Below, piece after piece: positions 36,099 through 48,959 of a stretch of 64,000 nt of DNA (position 1 is the stretch's first letter; every line of letters begins with the position of its first letter). Both the position numbers and the translations under genes were made by a program. Source of the DNA: Chiloscyllium plagiosum (lineage: Eukaryota); contig NC_057759.1 of assembly GCF_004010195.1 (NCBI RefSeq), forward strand, positions 2,703,187-2,767,186, in the 5' to 3' direction. A model generated the notes under the pieces. That model had not been told where the DNA came from, ran no database searches, and saw nothing but the letters and a program-made list of their open reading frames with translations.

Positions 36099-36150
36099 CT
36101 GGTTGCACCATCGACAACAACCCAAGAACTAAGAACAGGACAGTTCTCAT
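36099..36150 (-). CDS. Beta-defensin-like peptide, coding exon 1 (signal peptide, 52 nt)
   Basis: ggaggATG start, then MRTVLFLVLGLLSMVQP (basic N-terminus, hydrophobic core). Phase-1 junction CAG|GCACGG matches the phase of exon 2. Confidence 0.82.
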
Positions 36151-36200
36151 CCTCCATTGATTTCCGGTCGCATTAGTAGCTGCCTGGAGGATAAAGCTCC

Positions 36201-36205
36201 TTATA
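36201..36205 (-). promoter_or_regulatory. TATA box (TATAA) of the defensin-like gene
   Basis: Minus strand gTATAAgg, about 50 nt upstream of the ATG. Confidence 0.55.
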
Positions 36206-36289
36206 CGATATCACAGACTGTACTGAGGTTAATAATTGCAAAAACAATAACATGGACATAATCAATTTCTCTTATGAGGCAATCAGTAA

Positions 36290-36700
36290 CACACCCAGAC
36301 TCATGCAGACACAGTGTCACACATATTCTCATAAACACATACTCAACCACACTGATATGGACACACATACCTGCACCCACACAGATAAAAACATACTGAC
36401 ATATACACACAGACATGCAATGGCACACACCTTCATGCGCAAAGTCACACATGCACAGTAACACATGCAGAAGAACAGTCAGTCATGCACATACACACGT
36501 ACACAGAGACACAGACGCACACACACACACATTCACACGTATCTCTCACACACACACACAGCTACCAAACACAGACATACACACTCCCTCTCTCACACAT
36601 AGTAGCACACGGGTCACACAGTCACACAAGTATGCACCTCGATAACCACACACACGCAGTCACACAGCCATATGCACACCTATTCACAGAAGCATAAGCA
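36290..36700. repeat. Degenerate (CA)n-rich simple repeat
   Basis: Runs of acacac interrupted by substitutions. Confidence 0.85.
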
Positions 36701-37289
36701 TATACATCTGGACATTTTGCTGAACATAAAGTGTGGCCTGTCTGCAGTAATGCACCATCTACAATGTGGGACAACTCAGGTTTGGGCACTCGGCCTTGTG
36801 CAACCTCCGTATTGAACCCTTGAAAGCACGATGAGATTATAGATCCATTTGTCTTTATTGTGGGACAATGCAGCCTTTGTTGAACTCGGGGAGACTCAAT
36901 GGAGCCTTGTGGCCGATGAGATCCGTGTTAGAGGCAAATATTTAACAGACCAATCCAATGACCAAAATGATCAGAGATTGTTTCTCCTCACAACCCTGAA
37001 ATGAAAGTACTTATGTTAATTGTCATCTTGCGTCCCTGAGGAGAGATTTGTCTCCAGCTGATTCTCAACTATTGGGTTGCTCTAAAAGACTTAACAATAA
37101 CAGGCTTGACCTTGCCATATTACTATGTATCACCATCTGTGAACAATCTTTCAACTTTCCGTCGTCACATCACTGCTGTGTTGCGGCTATTGACGTTGGG
37201 TAGCTCAGTTGGCTGGTTGACGGGCTTGTAATACAGACTGACGTCAACAACGAGGCTTCAATTCCTTCCACAGCCAAAATAAAGACCAT

Positions 37290-38220
37290 AAGCAATTGGG
37301 TGAAGAATCGGCCATTTGGCACCACAAGTCTGCTCCTCTGTTATTCAGCAGGATCTGACACTTTTCACCTCCACATTATTGCCCTTTGCCTTTCACCATT
37401 GATTCCTGTACCGATCAAGAATTAATCTATTACAACCTTAAATATACATAAGGATTTTGCACCCTACTCCCCTCTCCAACAGCTCTCTGTGAAAAGGAAT
37501 TCCAAATATTCACTCGCAACTGAATAAAAAAGAATTTCTTTCTCATCTTGGTGTTAAATTGGTGCTTCATTATTCTGTGACACTGGTCATGGTCTCTCTT
37601 ATGAAGGGAATATCCAGTCAGCATTTACGCTGTTAAGCCCGTTAAGAATCCAATGTGTTTCATGTGATATCATCTCTCATTCTTCTAACCTCCAGTGGGA
37701 AGAGTTCCAACTGCTTTAACATTTTCTTAGAAGAGAATCCGTCCATAACAGCATCGTCCCAGTGAACCTTCTCTGACCTGCCTCCAATGAAACAATATCC
37801 ATCCTTTAATAATAGGATGAGGAGTGCGCACAGATGTGGTCTTACCAGCACCTTGTACAGTTGCAGACCCACTTCAGTACTCTTATACTCCAAACCCTTT
37901 TAAATAACGATCAACATTCTATTAGCCCTTCCTGATTGACTGCTTCCCCTGTATGCTATCTTTCTGTGTTTCGTGCAGGCATTCGTACAAATCCCTTGTG
38001 ATGCAGCTTTCTCCATTTAAATAATATTCTGTTCTTCTGTTCTCCCTTCCGAGATGAACAACCTCACGTTGTTCATCATACACCATTTGCCAAATTTTAT
38101 TTCTCCACTGACTTAAACTATCAACATTTCCCTATTAACTGTTTGCACCCTTTCATAAACTGCTTTTCCACCTATTGTTATGTCAGTTTTGGCGACGGAA
38201 CAGTCACTTCCTTGCTCCAA
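37290..38220 (-). mobile_element. CR1 3' fragment
   Basis: EYKSTEVGLQLYKVLVRPHL and FNTKMRKKFFFIQLRVNIWNSF. Confidence 0.8.
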
Positions 38221-38769
38221 GGCATTAATACCATGCAGGTTCCACCTTCCCAAGCTCTCCCCTTCACATGAGGTGTGGCGACCGTCAGGTTAAACCACAA
38301 GCAGTTGTATCCCAATAGTTAAACATTTTTTAAAGAGCTTCAATATTTTCTTCAATATTCACTTCTGAAGCGAAACCAGTCACTATCCTGTCTAATCATC
38401 TTTCTCAAGCTGTTGTGAATTTCTGTACTTATTGTGAGCCAGCCATTTATTCACAGCCAGACCTGCAGCATACCATAAGGAAGGCAAATAGTATGTTGGC
38501 CTTCATTGCAAGAAGATAGGAGTTCAGAAGTCGTGAAACCTCATTGAATTTTCATGGGGCCTTAGTGAGACTCCCGCTGGAGAACTGTGCGTTGGTTTGG
38601 TCTCTCTACCTCAAGCAGGACATTCTCACTAAAGAGGGAGTGCTCATCGAGATAGCTCAATAATTCAATGAGATCATGGCTGATTTGATCATGCTCAACT
38701 TGATATGCACTTATGACGCCGAGGTATGCAAGGCAATGGGCCAAGTGCTGGAAATTCGTATTGGAACGT

Positions 38770-39110
38770 TATTACATTATTGAGGAGGTGGTTGCCCATT
38801 GGCAGTATTCATAGATTGTTCGTCTAGAGATAAGTGGCATTCTGAGGAACTATGAGGAACTGAGCTATTGGAAGAATTGGAATTCATTTTAAATGTCTTA
38901 AATGAAGAGTCTAATGGTGACCTAGGAACTGTTGTTGCTTCGTGAAGATATCCATCTGGTTCACTGCTCCCTTTTACTGAAACCTTCAATTCAGGTGACT
39001 CCAAACCTTCAGTGATGTGGTTGACTTACAGCTGTCATCTTGGCAATTAGAGAAGGTGATAAATGCTGGCCCATCCAATGATGTCAAACCCCGTGGCTGA
39101 ATAAAACAAT
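38770..39110 (+). mobile_element. Old SINE (2935-3275 family)
   Basis: agagtctaatggtgacc, ccatctggttcact and a tail ending gaataaaa. Confidence 0.6.
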
Positions 39111-39569
39111 AGAAATGTTCTTGTTTTCGACTGTCACAGGTTTGAGGGGCCGAAGGGCCGATTTTTCTGTGCTGTGGACCAGTATTTCTGTGTTGTTGAT
39201 GCACGTTCATTTGGCATTATCTCTCTCAGTGCGCTTGTTCACACTGACATGTGACAGGGATGGATCAGAGTGGACTAGAATCTCTGACAAATGTTCCCCT
39301 TTTCTATGCTGAAGCTAAAACATTGAAGTAGAGGCTGGAATCAACGTCAGAACGTGGTCAGTCTCAGCAGTTAAAAGTGTGCTGTCGCCCTCTCGTGAGT
39401 CTGTTCCAACTGTGCGACAGGATCATCCCCAGGAAAGGTGACAGATCAACCTAGGCCATACGTTTTACATTCCATGACCGTCCCACAATAACTGTATTGG
39501 ATCTTCAACACATCAGCTGTAGTCCTGCCATTTTCTGGCGTGCCTCTCTCCCTGTTAGTAAGCCAACTC

Positions 39570-40200
39570 ACCAAGTCAAAGAAGAATTATTGGCAGATCG
39601 AATTTAAATACGAGCTGACACACTTCTGAAGAAGAGAAACGACAACAGCGTGCTCAATCAATGGCAGGAGTTGAGAAATCCCAGACCAACAGAAGAATTT
39701 TGAGATGTTTGTCCACAGATGTTAAGGCAGCAGGAAAGATTAATTAGTAAAGGCGGAAAATGGAACACTTAACTTCATCAGTCCTGGTGTATAGATTAAA
39801 AGAGAAGGGAGGTGATGATGGAGCTATACAGGACTGTGGTGAGGCTACAGCTGGAGTACTGTGTACACTTCCAGTCTCCACACTGTATGAAGGATGTGAT
39901 TACATTAGACGGATTGCAGAAAAGGTTCACCAGGATGTTGCCTGGGATGGAGTATTTCATTTATGTAGAGAGGCTGGATAAACTCTGGTTGCTATATTTG
40001 GAGCAGAAAATATTGAGGGGGCATGTAATACAGATATTGAGGAACATGGTGATAGGAAGCATATGTTCCCATTAGGCGAAGGATCAATAACAAGGAAACA
40101 ATTTTAAAATGGTAGAGGGAAGCTTTAGAGTGGATTTGAGGAAACATTACATCAGCCAGAGGACAGAATGTAATGGCTAGGGACGATTGGAATGCATTGC
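39570..40200 (+). mobile_element. CR1 3' fragment
   Basis: LYRTVVRLQLEYCVHFQSPHCMKDVITLDGLQKRFTRMLPG. Confidence 0.8.
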
Positions 40201-40670
40201 CTAGGATGTGGGTGTCGACTGGTCGGCCACCATTTATTGCCCATCACTCATTGCCCTTGAAAAGGAAGTGGTGAGATGCTTTCATGGATCTCTGAAGTCC
40301 ATGTGCACAGGTTGACCCACAACATCATTGTAAAGAATTTCACTATATTTACCCAGCATCAGTGAAGAAACAATGATATACTTCCAAATTAAATGGTGAG
40401 TGGCTTGGAGTGGAACTTGCAAGGAATGATGTTTCCAGATATCTGCTACATTTGTCCTTTGAGATGGAAGCGTCTATGGGTGTGGAAGGTGCTGTCTGAG
40501 GATCATTGGTGAATTTGTGTAGTGCATTTTGTAGATAGTATACTGTTTTAACTTCGTTTTGGGGGTGGAGAGAGTGGATGGTTGTAGATGTGCAATTAAC
40601 CGTGTTTGTTCCTAGATGGCATCGAACTTAAAGTGTTGTTGGAGCTGTACTCATCCAGGCAAGTGTGTGC
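40200..40670 (-). mobile_element. L2/CR1-like LINE 3' end
   Basis: catttattgcccatc...attgcccttga and tgttgttggagctgtactcatccaggcaagtg. Confidence 0.65.
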
Positions 40671-41375
40671 CAGACATTGAGCTGGCACACACTGGAGCAC
40701 ATGCAACTTCACTTTCCCTACCAGCCTATCATGGAGAACCTTATCAAATGCCTTACTGGAGTCCATGTATATGACATCCAAAACCCTTCCCTCCTCAATC
40801 AACTTTGTCACTTCCTCAAAGAATTCCACTAAATTGGTAAATCATTGCCTTCCCAGCGCAAAAGCATGTTGCCTATCATTGATAAACCCATTTGTTTCTA
40901 AACATAAATAGATCCTATCCCTCAGTATCTTCGCCAGCAGCTTCACTAACACGGACATGGGGATCACCAGTCTATAATTACCTGGATTACCTGCTGCCCT
41001 TCTGAAGCAAGAGGACAACATTGGCAATTCTCCATCTCACCCGTATTCAATGATGCTACAAATGTGTCTGTTAAGGCTCCAGTTACTCCCCCCTCACTTC
41101 CCACAGTAACCTCTGATAGATCCCATCCAGACCTGGGAACTTGTTGACCTTAATGCCTTTTAAATACCAACACTTCCTCCCTCGTTATGTCGACTTGACC
41201 TAGAGTAATCAAACATCTATCCCTAATATCAACATCCTTCATATCCCTCTCCTCGTTGAATACAGATGCAAAGTACTCATTAAATCTCGCCTTTTTTCTC
41301 TAACTCCATGCATGAGTTTTCTCCTTTGTCCTTGAATGGGCCAATCCTTTCTCTAGTTACTCTCTTGATGCAAAT

Positions 41376-41688
41376 TAGATTAGATTACTTATAGTGTGGA
41401 AACAGGCCCTTCGGCCCAACAAGTCCACACTGACCTGCTGAAGCGCAACCCACCTAGACCCATTCCCCTACATTTACCCCTTCACCTAACACTATAGTCA
41501 ATTTGGCATGGCTAATGCACCTAACCTGCACATTTTTGGATTGTGGGAGGAAACCGGAGTACCCGGAGGAAACCCACACAGACACGGGGAGAATGTGCAA
41601 ACTCCACACAGTGAGTCGCCTGAGGCGGGTATTGAACTCAGGTCTCTGGCGCTGTGAGGCAGCAGCGCTAACCACTGTGCCACCGTGC
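41376..41688 (-). mobile_element. HE1/V-SINE-type SINE
   Basis: Near-complete reverse complement of 41793-42113. Confidence 0.92.
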
Positions 41689-41792
41689 TAAAATGCCTTG
41701 GGTTCTTTTCTGTGACCCAGTTTGCTAAAGATATTTTATGACCCCTTTCAGATTGCTCTGACATTCCCAATGTTGTTCCAAAGTTTCATTGT

Positions 41793-42113
41793 GGGCGGCA
41801 CGGTGGCACAGTGGTTAGCACGGCTGCCTCACAGCGCCAGAGACCCGGGTTCAATTCCCGCCTCAGGCGACCGACTGTGTGGAGTTTGCACATTCTCCCC
41901 GTGTCTGCGTGGGTTTCCTCCGGGTGCTCCGGTTTCCTCCCACACTCCAAAAAAAATGTGCAGGTTAGGTGAATTGGCCACGCTAAATTGCCTGTAGTGT
42001 TAGGTGCAGCGGTAAGTGTAGGGGAATGGGTCTGGGTGGATGCGCTTCGGCGGGTCGGTGTGGACTTGTTGGGCCGAAGGGCCTGTTTCCACACTGTAAG
42101 TAATCTAATCTAA
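41793..42113 (+). mobile_element. HE1/V-SINE-type SINE, full length; an older diverged copy follows at ~42265-42555
   Basis: gggcggcacggtggcacagtggttagc...ggttcaattccc...gggccgaagggcctgtttccacactgtaagtaatctaatct. Confidence 0.93.
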
Positions 42114-42555
42114 TTCGCCTAGAACCTTATGCATGTTTCTTTTCCCTCTTAGCTAGTGTCACAATTTCACCTGTCATCCATGATTCCCTAATCATGCCAT
42201 TTCTATCCGTCATCTTACTGAAATATAGCATTCTTACGGGACTTGACAGGATGATGTTTCCTCGAGCGGCACAGTGAATAGCACTGCTGCTTCTCAGACC
42301 CGGTGTCCTAGGTTTAATTCTATATGTGCGACTGTCTGCATGTCATTTGTAAATTCTCCCCATGTCTTCGTGGGTTTCTTCTGGGTGGTCCGGTTTCCAA
42401 CCACAAACCAAAAATGTGCTGGTTAGCTGAATTGGCCCTGCTAAATTGCTCATAGTGTTCGGGGATGTGTGGGTTAGATGCATTAGTCAGGGGTAAATGT
42501 AGGGGAATGGGTTTGGGTTCGATAGTGTTCGTACGGTCAGTGTGGATATGTTTGG

Positions 42556-45000
42556 TTATAAATGGGAGGGTGGTTGGGTTGGGGGATAGGTAGCTGAGAA
42601 TGTGGTAGGTAGATGAAGGTCGGGAAAAGGTGATGGATCAGAGAGAAGGGTGGAGCGGATAGATGGAAAAGATGATGAACAGGTCAGCAGGGTGGTGCTG
42701 AGTTGGAGGCATGGGACTCGGATAAGGTAGGGGAGGGGAAATAAGGAAACTGGCGAAATCCACATTAATCCCGTGTGGCTGAAGGATCCCAAGGCGGAAG
42801 ATGAGGCGTTCTTCCTCCAAACGTCGAGTGGTCATGACTTGGCAGTGGAGGAAGACCAAGACCTGCACGTCCTTGGCGGAGTGGGAGGGAGAGTTGAAGT
42901 GTTTATCCACGGGGAGGTGGGGTTGGTTAGTGAGGGTGCCCAGAGATGTTCTCTGAAATGATCTGCAAGTTGACATTCTGTCTCCCCGATGTAGAGGACA
43001 CCACAGCGGGTGCAATGGTTCCTAGATGACGTTGGTAGAGGTACAGGCAAATCTGTGCTGAATGTGGAAGGATTCTTGGGGCCTTGGAAGAAGTAAGTGA
43101 GGGAGCAGTGTCGCCACAGATTTCAAATTTCCTGCGGTGGCAGGGGAAGTTGTGGGAAGAAGGGTGAGGGCTGGTGGGAGGTGTGGATCTTACAAGGAAG
43201 TTGCGGATGGAATGGTCTCTCCGTAATGCAGATAGGGGTGAGGAGGGAAGTAAATCTCTGATGGTGGGGCCCGTTTGTGGGTAGCGGAAATTAATGCAAT
43301 GTTGACAGAGGTTGGTGGGCTGGAAGGTGAGAACCTAAGGGGTTCTGCCCTTGTTGCATTGAAAGGAGTGGCGTTCAAGGGTGGAGAAGCAGGAAGTGGA
43401 AGAAATGCATTGGAGGACATTGACGACCACGTGGGAAGGGAGCCTGTGTTCTCGGAAGAAAGAGGCTGTATCGGATTTTGTAAGGTGGAATCGGTCATCC
43501 TGAAAACAGATGCGGCAGAGGCGGAGGGATTTTGAATAAGGGATGGCATTTTTACAGGAGATAGGGTGGAATGAGGTGTAGTCTAGGTAGCTATGTGAGT
43601 CGGTGGGCTTGTAGTTGATGCCTGTGTTTAGTCAGTCGCCGCAGATTGAAATGGGGAGGTCCAGGAAGGCGAGGGAGGTGACTGAGATGGTCCAGGTGAA
43701 TTTGAGATCGGAATGAAAGGTGTTAGTGATGTTGATAAACTGTTTAACCTCCTCGTTGGAACACGAGGTGACACCAATACACTCATCGGTGTAGCTGAGG
43801 AACAGATGGGGTGCCTATGTAGCTGATGTACTGTTCCACGAACCCGACAAAGAGGCAGGCATAGCTGGTTCCCATAGGTACCCAGTTGGTTTGGAGGAAG
43901 TGAGAATATTGGAAGGAAAAGTTGTTAAGGGTGAAGACGAGTTCTGCTAGGTGGTTGAGGGTGTCAGTGGAAGGGTATGCTTGGGGTGGAGTGAGAGGAA
44001 GAAACGGTGGGCTTGGGATGGAGTGAGAGGAAGAAACGGTGGGCTTGGAGACAGTTGTCTTGGTGGATAGATGTGTACAAGGCATGGATGCCCATAGTGT
44101 AGATGAGGAGTTGTGGGCCGAGGAAGTGAAAGTCTTGGAGGAGCTGAAAGATGTGGATGATGTCCCGAACATAGGTGGGAACTTCCTGGACTAAGGGGAA
44201 CAGGACACGGTGTCAAGGTATGCAGAGATGAGTTCAGTGGGACAGAAGCTGGTTGAGACAATGGGCAGACCGGAGAAGTCAGGTCTGTGAATTTTCAGAA
44301 GGAGGGAGAATCAGGTGGTGCTGTATTAAAGGATGATGAGTTTGGAGTCTATGGATGGCAGATCGGCAGAAGAGGTGGGTGTCTGGTTGGTCTGGGCGAT
44401 TATGTTTTGGTGATGGGAGGTGCGGTCGTGGTCGAGGGGTCAGAAGGAGGAGGTGCTTGCATGTTGGTGACTGACTTCAGCGGTGTAGAGGTCAGTGCGC
44501 CAAACTGCCACTACCACCCTCCCTTGTCTGCAGGTTTGATAGTGAAGCTGGAGGGAGTGGAGGGATGGACGTTGTGAAGGCGAGAGGTTGGAATGGGTGA
44601 GGGGTGTGGACGGGTTGAGGTAGTTGATGTCACGATGGCAGTTAGAAATGAAAAGATCGAGAGTGGGTAACGGGCCTATACAACGTGTCCAGGCGGATGG
44701 GGTGTGGTGGAGGCGAGACACAGGCTCCTCGGTGAGTGGGTGAGAGTCTTGATTGAAAAGGTGGGCCTGAAGGTGGAAGCATGGAAGAAACGTTCAAGGT
44801 CATGATGCATGTCAAACTCATTAATCCGGGAGCATAGAGGTACGAAGATGAAGGCTTTTCTGAGGACTAAACAATCATTCTCAGTGAAGGGGAGGTGTGG
44901 GAGAAGACTGAAAACTAGGCAGGGCTGGGATCTAGGACCTGGGTTGAGTTGTGGTGGCGGAGATAGTCCCTTGAGTGGGCGTGATTATAAGGTCAGGAAT
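42556..45000 (-). mobile_element. Long Penelope-like element (RT plus GIY-YIG), frameshifted
   Basis: LNNFSFQYSHFLQTNWVPMGTSYACLFVG (RT), HCTRCGVLYIGETECQLADHFREHL (GIY-YIG) and LEEERLIFRLGILQPHGINVDF. Confidence 0.9.
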
Positions 45001-45019
45001 GACGTCCAGCACCACATTC

Positions 45020-45900
45020 TCGACTCTGATCTCCAGGATCTGCAGTTCTCACTTTCTACGAGTTGATTTCAGTCATAAGTCCTTCATCAGGAACGTAGGG
45101 GTGGGAGAAAGGGGGCTGAGTGATAAACAGGAAGGGTTGGAGCTGCGGGGTAAGGAGCTGGAAAGGTGATAGGTAGATGCATGTGGGGAATGATATTGAT
45201 AGATCATTACGGAGGCTGGACTGGATTGGTGAGTATGAAGATTGACAGGTAGAACAATTCAAGAGAGCAGTGCCGAGTTGGGGGTTTGAATCTGAGATGA
45301 GTTGACGGGAGTGGAAATGAAAATGCTGAAATCGATTTTGATACTATATGCATCCAAAGGTGGACGATGAGGCATTGTTCTTCCTGTCGTTGGGTGGCTA
45401 GGATTTGGGGTTGAGGGAAGCCCTGGAAATGCATGTCCTTGGCAGAGTGGGAGGGGGAGTTGAAGTAGTCAGCCACAGTGCGGTGGAGTTATTTGGTGCT
45501 GGTTTCTCAGATATGCTGTCTGAAATGCTTCACGAGTTGGGTCCAGTTGCTTCACTGCAGACGAGACCACATCGAGAGCAACTGACACAGCAGATGAGGT
45601 GTTTGGATGTGCAGGGAAATCTCTGGTGTATCAGAAAGGATCCTTTCCGACCTTGGATGGAGGTGAGGGAGGAGGTTTGGCGAAGGTTTTACAGCTCTTG
45701 TGGCGGCAAGAGAAGGTGCCAGGAGTGGAGGGTGTGTTGGTGGGGGTCGTGGCCCTATCGATTTAGTCAAGGGTGGAATAATCTCTGCAGAATGCTGATG
45801 GAGTGGGGAGGGAAATATATCTCAGGTGTTGGGATCTGACTGGAGATGTCAAAAATATGTGTAGATGGCAAATATCTGGGCATGAATGTACTTGAATAGA
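45020..45900 (-). mobile_element. Second, tandem Penelope 3' segment with terminal repeat
   Basis: ADYFNSPSHSAKDMHFQG. Hammerhead core ctgatga...gaaa on the minus strand at 45067-45090. Confidence 0.8.
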
Positions 45901-46429
45901 GTGTCCATCGTAAAAACCCAGGAAGGGAGACAAGACACTCTGTGAAGCATCAAGCATGTCTGTGTTTAGCTTCGCAGTCCTATAATTAGCTTATTTGCAA
46001 ATAGAGAAATAGTTGATTAATATGATTGGTTTGTAAATGATTAAAGACAGAATTAAACAAACATATAAAAATGTAAGTTTTCTTTGTTTGGCAGAGACCG
46101 CTCTGGAATTTCAGAGGGTTTCTTCCCATCGGTATAATTTTAATAAACTCCACAATGCTGGATGTGAGCTCCTATGAATCACATGAATCATTTGGTTATT
46201 CCTCCCAACAGTCAATCACTAATGTTCTACGTCTCATCTCCAGAGCAGTTTATGGAACATCTAAACCTCCACTTTAGTTCCCATTTCCATGTTATACTAA
46301 TTTTAAACGTCATCAATAGCACTCAAAAATGTATGCATGAGGATATTTTTCCCAACTCTTCTTAGGCGCTACCCGTCCGTTTTATCCCACATTCCACAGA
46401 CACTGATCCAAACTTTAAGAATATTAACC

Positions 46430-47255
46430 CCAAACAGTCTTACCACAAATTCAACCCAAACTCTGGGTCAGATATGTTGATGACACCTTTGTAATCATCA
46501 AAAACACGGAAATAGAGAATACACACCGGATCATCAACTCCACACTCACAGGAATCNNNNNNNNNNNNNNNNNNNNNNGGATACCCGCGCAACTTCATCA
46601 ACAGATGCCTAAGGGAGAGACAACGGGACGAGGACATGCCGCAACCCAAAGGACTAGCCACACTACCATACATCAGGAGTATTTCAGAACTGACAGCCAG
46701 ACTACTTCGACCACTAGGACTTATAACAGCACACAAACCAACAGCCACCCTCAGACAACAACTCACCAGAACGAAGGACCCGATACCCAGCATGAGCAAA
46801 ACTAATGTAGTGTACAAAATCCCATGCAAGGACTGCACAAAACACTACATAGGACAAACAGGAAGACAGCTAACGACCCGCATCCATGAACACCAACTAG
46901 CCACGAAACGACACGACCAGCTATCCTTAGTAGCCACACATGCAGATGACAAGCAACATGAATTTGACTGGGACAACACTACCATTGTAGGGCAAAGAAC
47001 AGCCAGGGAATTCCTAGAAGCATGGCACTCATCCACAAACTCCATCAACAAACACATCGACCTGGATCCAATATACCAGCCACTACAGCGGACAGCTGAA
47101 ACTGACAACCGGAAGCGGCAGGGACAGGCCACAATAAATGCCGGAGGAAACACCACAGAAGCGTTTCACAGGAGGCTCCCAAGCACTGAGGGTGTCACCT
47201 AGACAGGGACGAAACGTTTGCAACAAAAACTTCCAGCTCGGCGAACAGAACACAG
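46430..47255 (+). mobile_element. Penelope element (second family): RT motif and intact GIY-YIG endonuclease region
   Basis: LWVRYVDDTFVII before the gap. VVYKIPCKDCTKHYIGQTGRQLTTRIHEH in ORF 46636-47202. Confidence 0.93.
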
Positions 47256-47339
47256 CAATATTAACCTCACCCGGTACAGCGTTTCACCAGCCAGAATATA
47301 TTCTGATCTATTTTCTTATTCCTCTCTTGCTTAACACAT

Positions 47340-47950
47340 GGTGCTGCGAATAAATCCCGAGATGACTACATTTGAGCCCCTTCATTTTAATTTCACTCCT
47401 CACTTCCTTTTTTCATCTTTTTGGTTATCAACCATTTTGTTCAGTGGTATCTAGCACGCTGACTGGCTGTTCAGCCTCCGTTTGCAGAATGTCCTGCAGA
47501 AACTCGGTGTCATCCCTGACCTTTGCACCAGGGAGAGAATATACCAGCCAGGAGTCACGTTCGCATGACAAAAACACCGACCTGTACACTTTACCTTTGA
47601 ATTCCCTGTCAGTATAGTGCTGCTGCTTGTTTCTACACTTTCTGTGCAACTGTCTTGCTGTGAACTTGCCTGAAGTTGCTTTCCCCTGATATGCCCACCT
47701 CCCCGGTATTCGAAATGGTGTGTGTGTTTGTGAGACGGAGGAATGGCCGCAGCGAATATCTGATATTGCTTGCTGTGACTTTTACTTTGTCAGTCACTCA
47801 TTCCATTTCTACGTGTGTAACCTTCACCTGCGGTGAGATAGCTTCGCTAAACACGCTATCTAGAGCATAATCAGCATCTCGGATACTCCACAATGTGTCT
47901 ACTTGCAGCTCCAGCTCTGAAAGCTGTTAACCAGTAACTGTACCTAGTCA
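47340..47950 (-). mobile_element. CR1 ORF1 (esterase-like) remnant
   Basis: DSWLVYSLPGAKVRDDTEFLQDILQTEAEQP. Confidence 0.7.
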
Positions 47951-47959
47951 CACATAGAG

Positions 47960-48935
47960 TCATAGATTCTTAGAAATTAACAGAACATTAACAGACCCTT
48001 TGGTCCAACTCGTTCATGCTGACCTGATATCCTAACCTAATCTAGTCCAATTTACCAACACTTGACCCATATGCCTCTACACCCTTCCTGTTCATATACT
48101 CACCCAGATGCATTTTAAATGCTGCAATTGTACCAGCCTCCAGCACTTCCTCTGACACCTCATTCCATACATGTACCACCCTCTGTGTAAAAAGGTTGCC
48201 CCATATATAACTATTTTCTATTTTCCCCCTCACCCTAAAGCTATGCCCTATTGTTCTCTACTCCTCAACCCCAGGGGAAAAAAAACTCTGTCTATTCATC
48301 ATATACATGTCCCTCATCATTTTATAAATCTTTATATTTTCACCACTCAGCCTCCGACACTCCAGGGGAAACAGCCCCAGCCTTTTCAGTGTTTCCCTTT
48401 AGTGCAAATCATCCAACCCTGGCAACATCCTTGTAAATCTTTTCTGAACCCTTTAAAATTTCACAACATCCTTCCGATAGGAAGGAAACCAGGATTGCAC
48501 GCAATATTCTAAAGTGGCCAAATCAATGTCCTGTACAGCCACAACAAGTCCGACACTCAATACAGTGACCAATAAAAGAAAGTATACCAAATGCCTTTTT
48601 TCACTTCCCTACGTACCTGCAACTCTACTTTGAAGGAACTTTGAACCTGCATTCCAAGGTCTATTTGTTCAGCAATACTGACTAGGACCTTACCATTAAG
48701 TATATAAGTTCTGCTCTGATTTATCTTTCCAAAACGCAGCATCTCATATTTATCTAAATTATACTCCATATGCCACTCCTAAGCCCATTAGCCTATCTGA
48801 TCAAGATGCCATTGTACTCTGAGGTTACCTACGTCGCTGTCCACTACAACTGCAATTTTGGTGTCAACTGCAAACTTACTAATAATACCTCTATTTTCAC
48901 ATCCAAATCATTTACATAAATGCCAAAAAGTAGTC
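47960..48935 (-). mobile_element. CR1 3' fragment
   Basis: EYNLDKYEMLRFGKINQSRTY and GNLFTQRVVHVWNEV. Confidence 0.85.
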
Positions 48936-48959
48936 ACTGCAGTTATTCAGTAACTCACT

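Larger units (their letters stand above)
40670..42215 (-). mobile_element. CR1 ORF2 fragment interrupted by two SINEs
   Basis: EFFEEVTKLIEEGRVLDVIYMDSSKAFDKVLHDRL and NPGNYRLV. Confidence 0.85.

Noticed and set aside
35845..36150. 101-aa single-exon ORF starting MRTVLFLVLG
   Set aside because: Only the first 17 codons look like real coding sequence. The rest is intron read-through that ends inside a SINE.
43983..44047. 33-bp tandem duplication inside the Penelope RT region
   Set aside because: A local slippage duplication in a dead element, unrelated in sequence to the 33-bp satellite.
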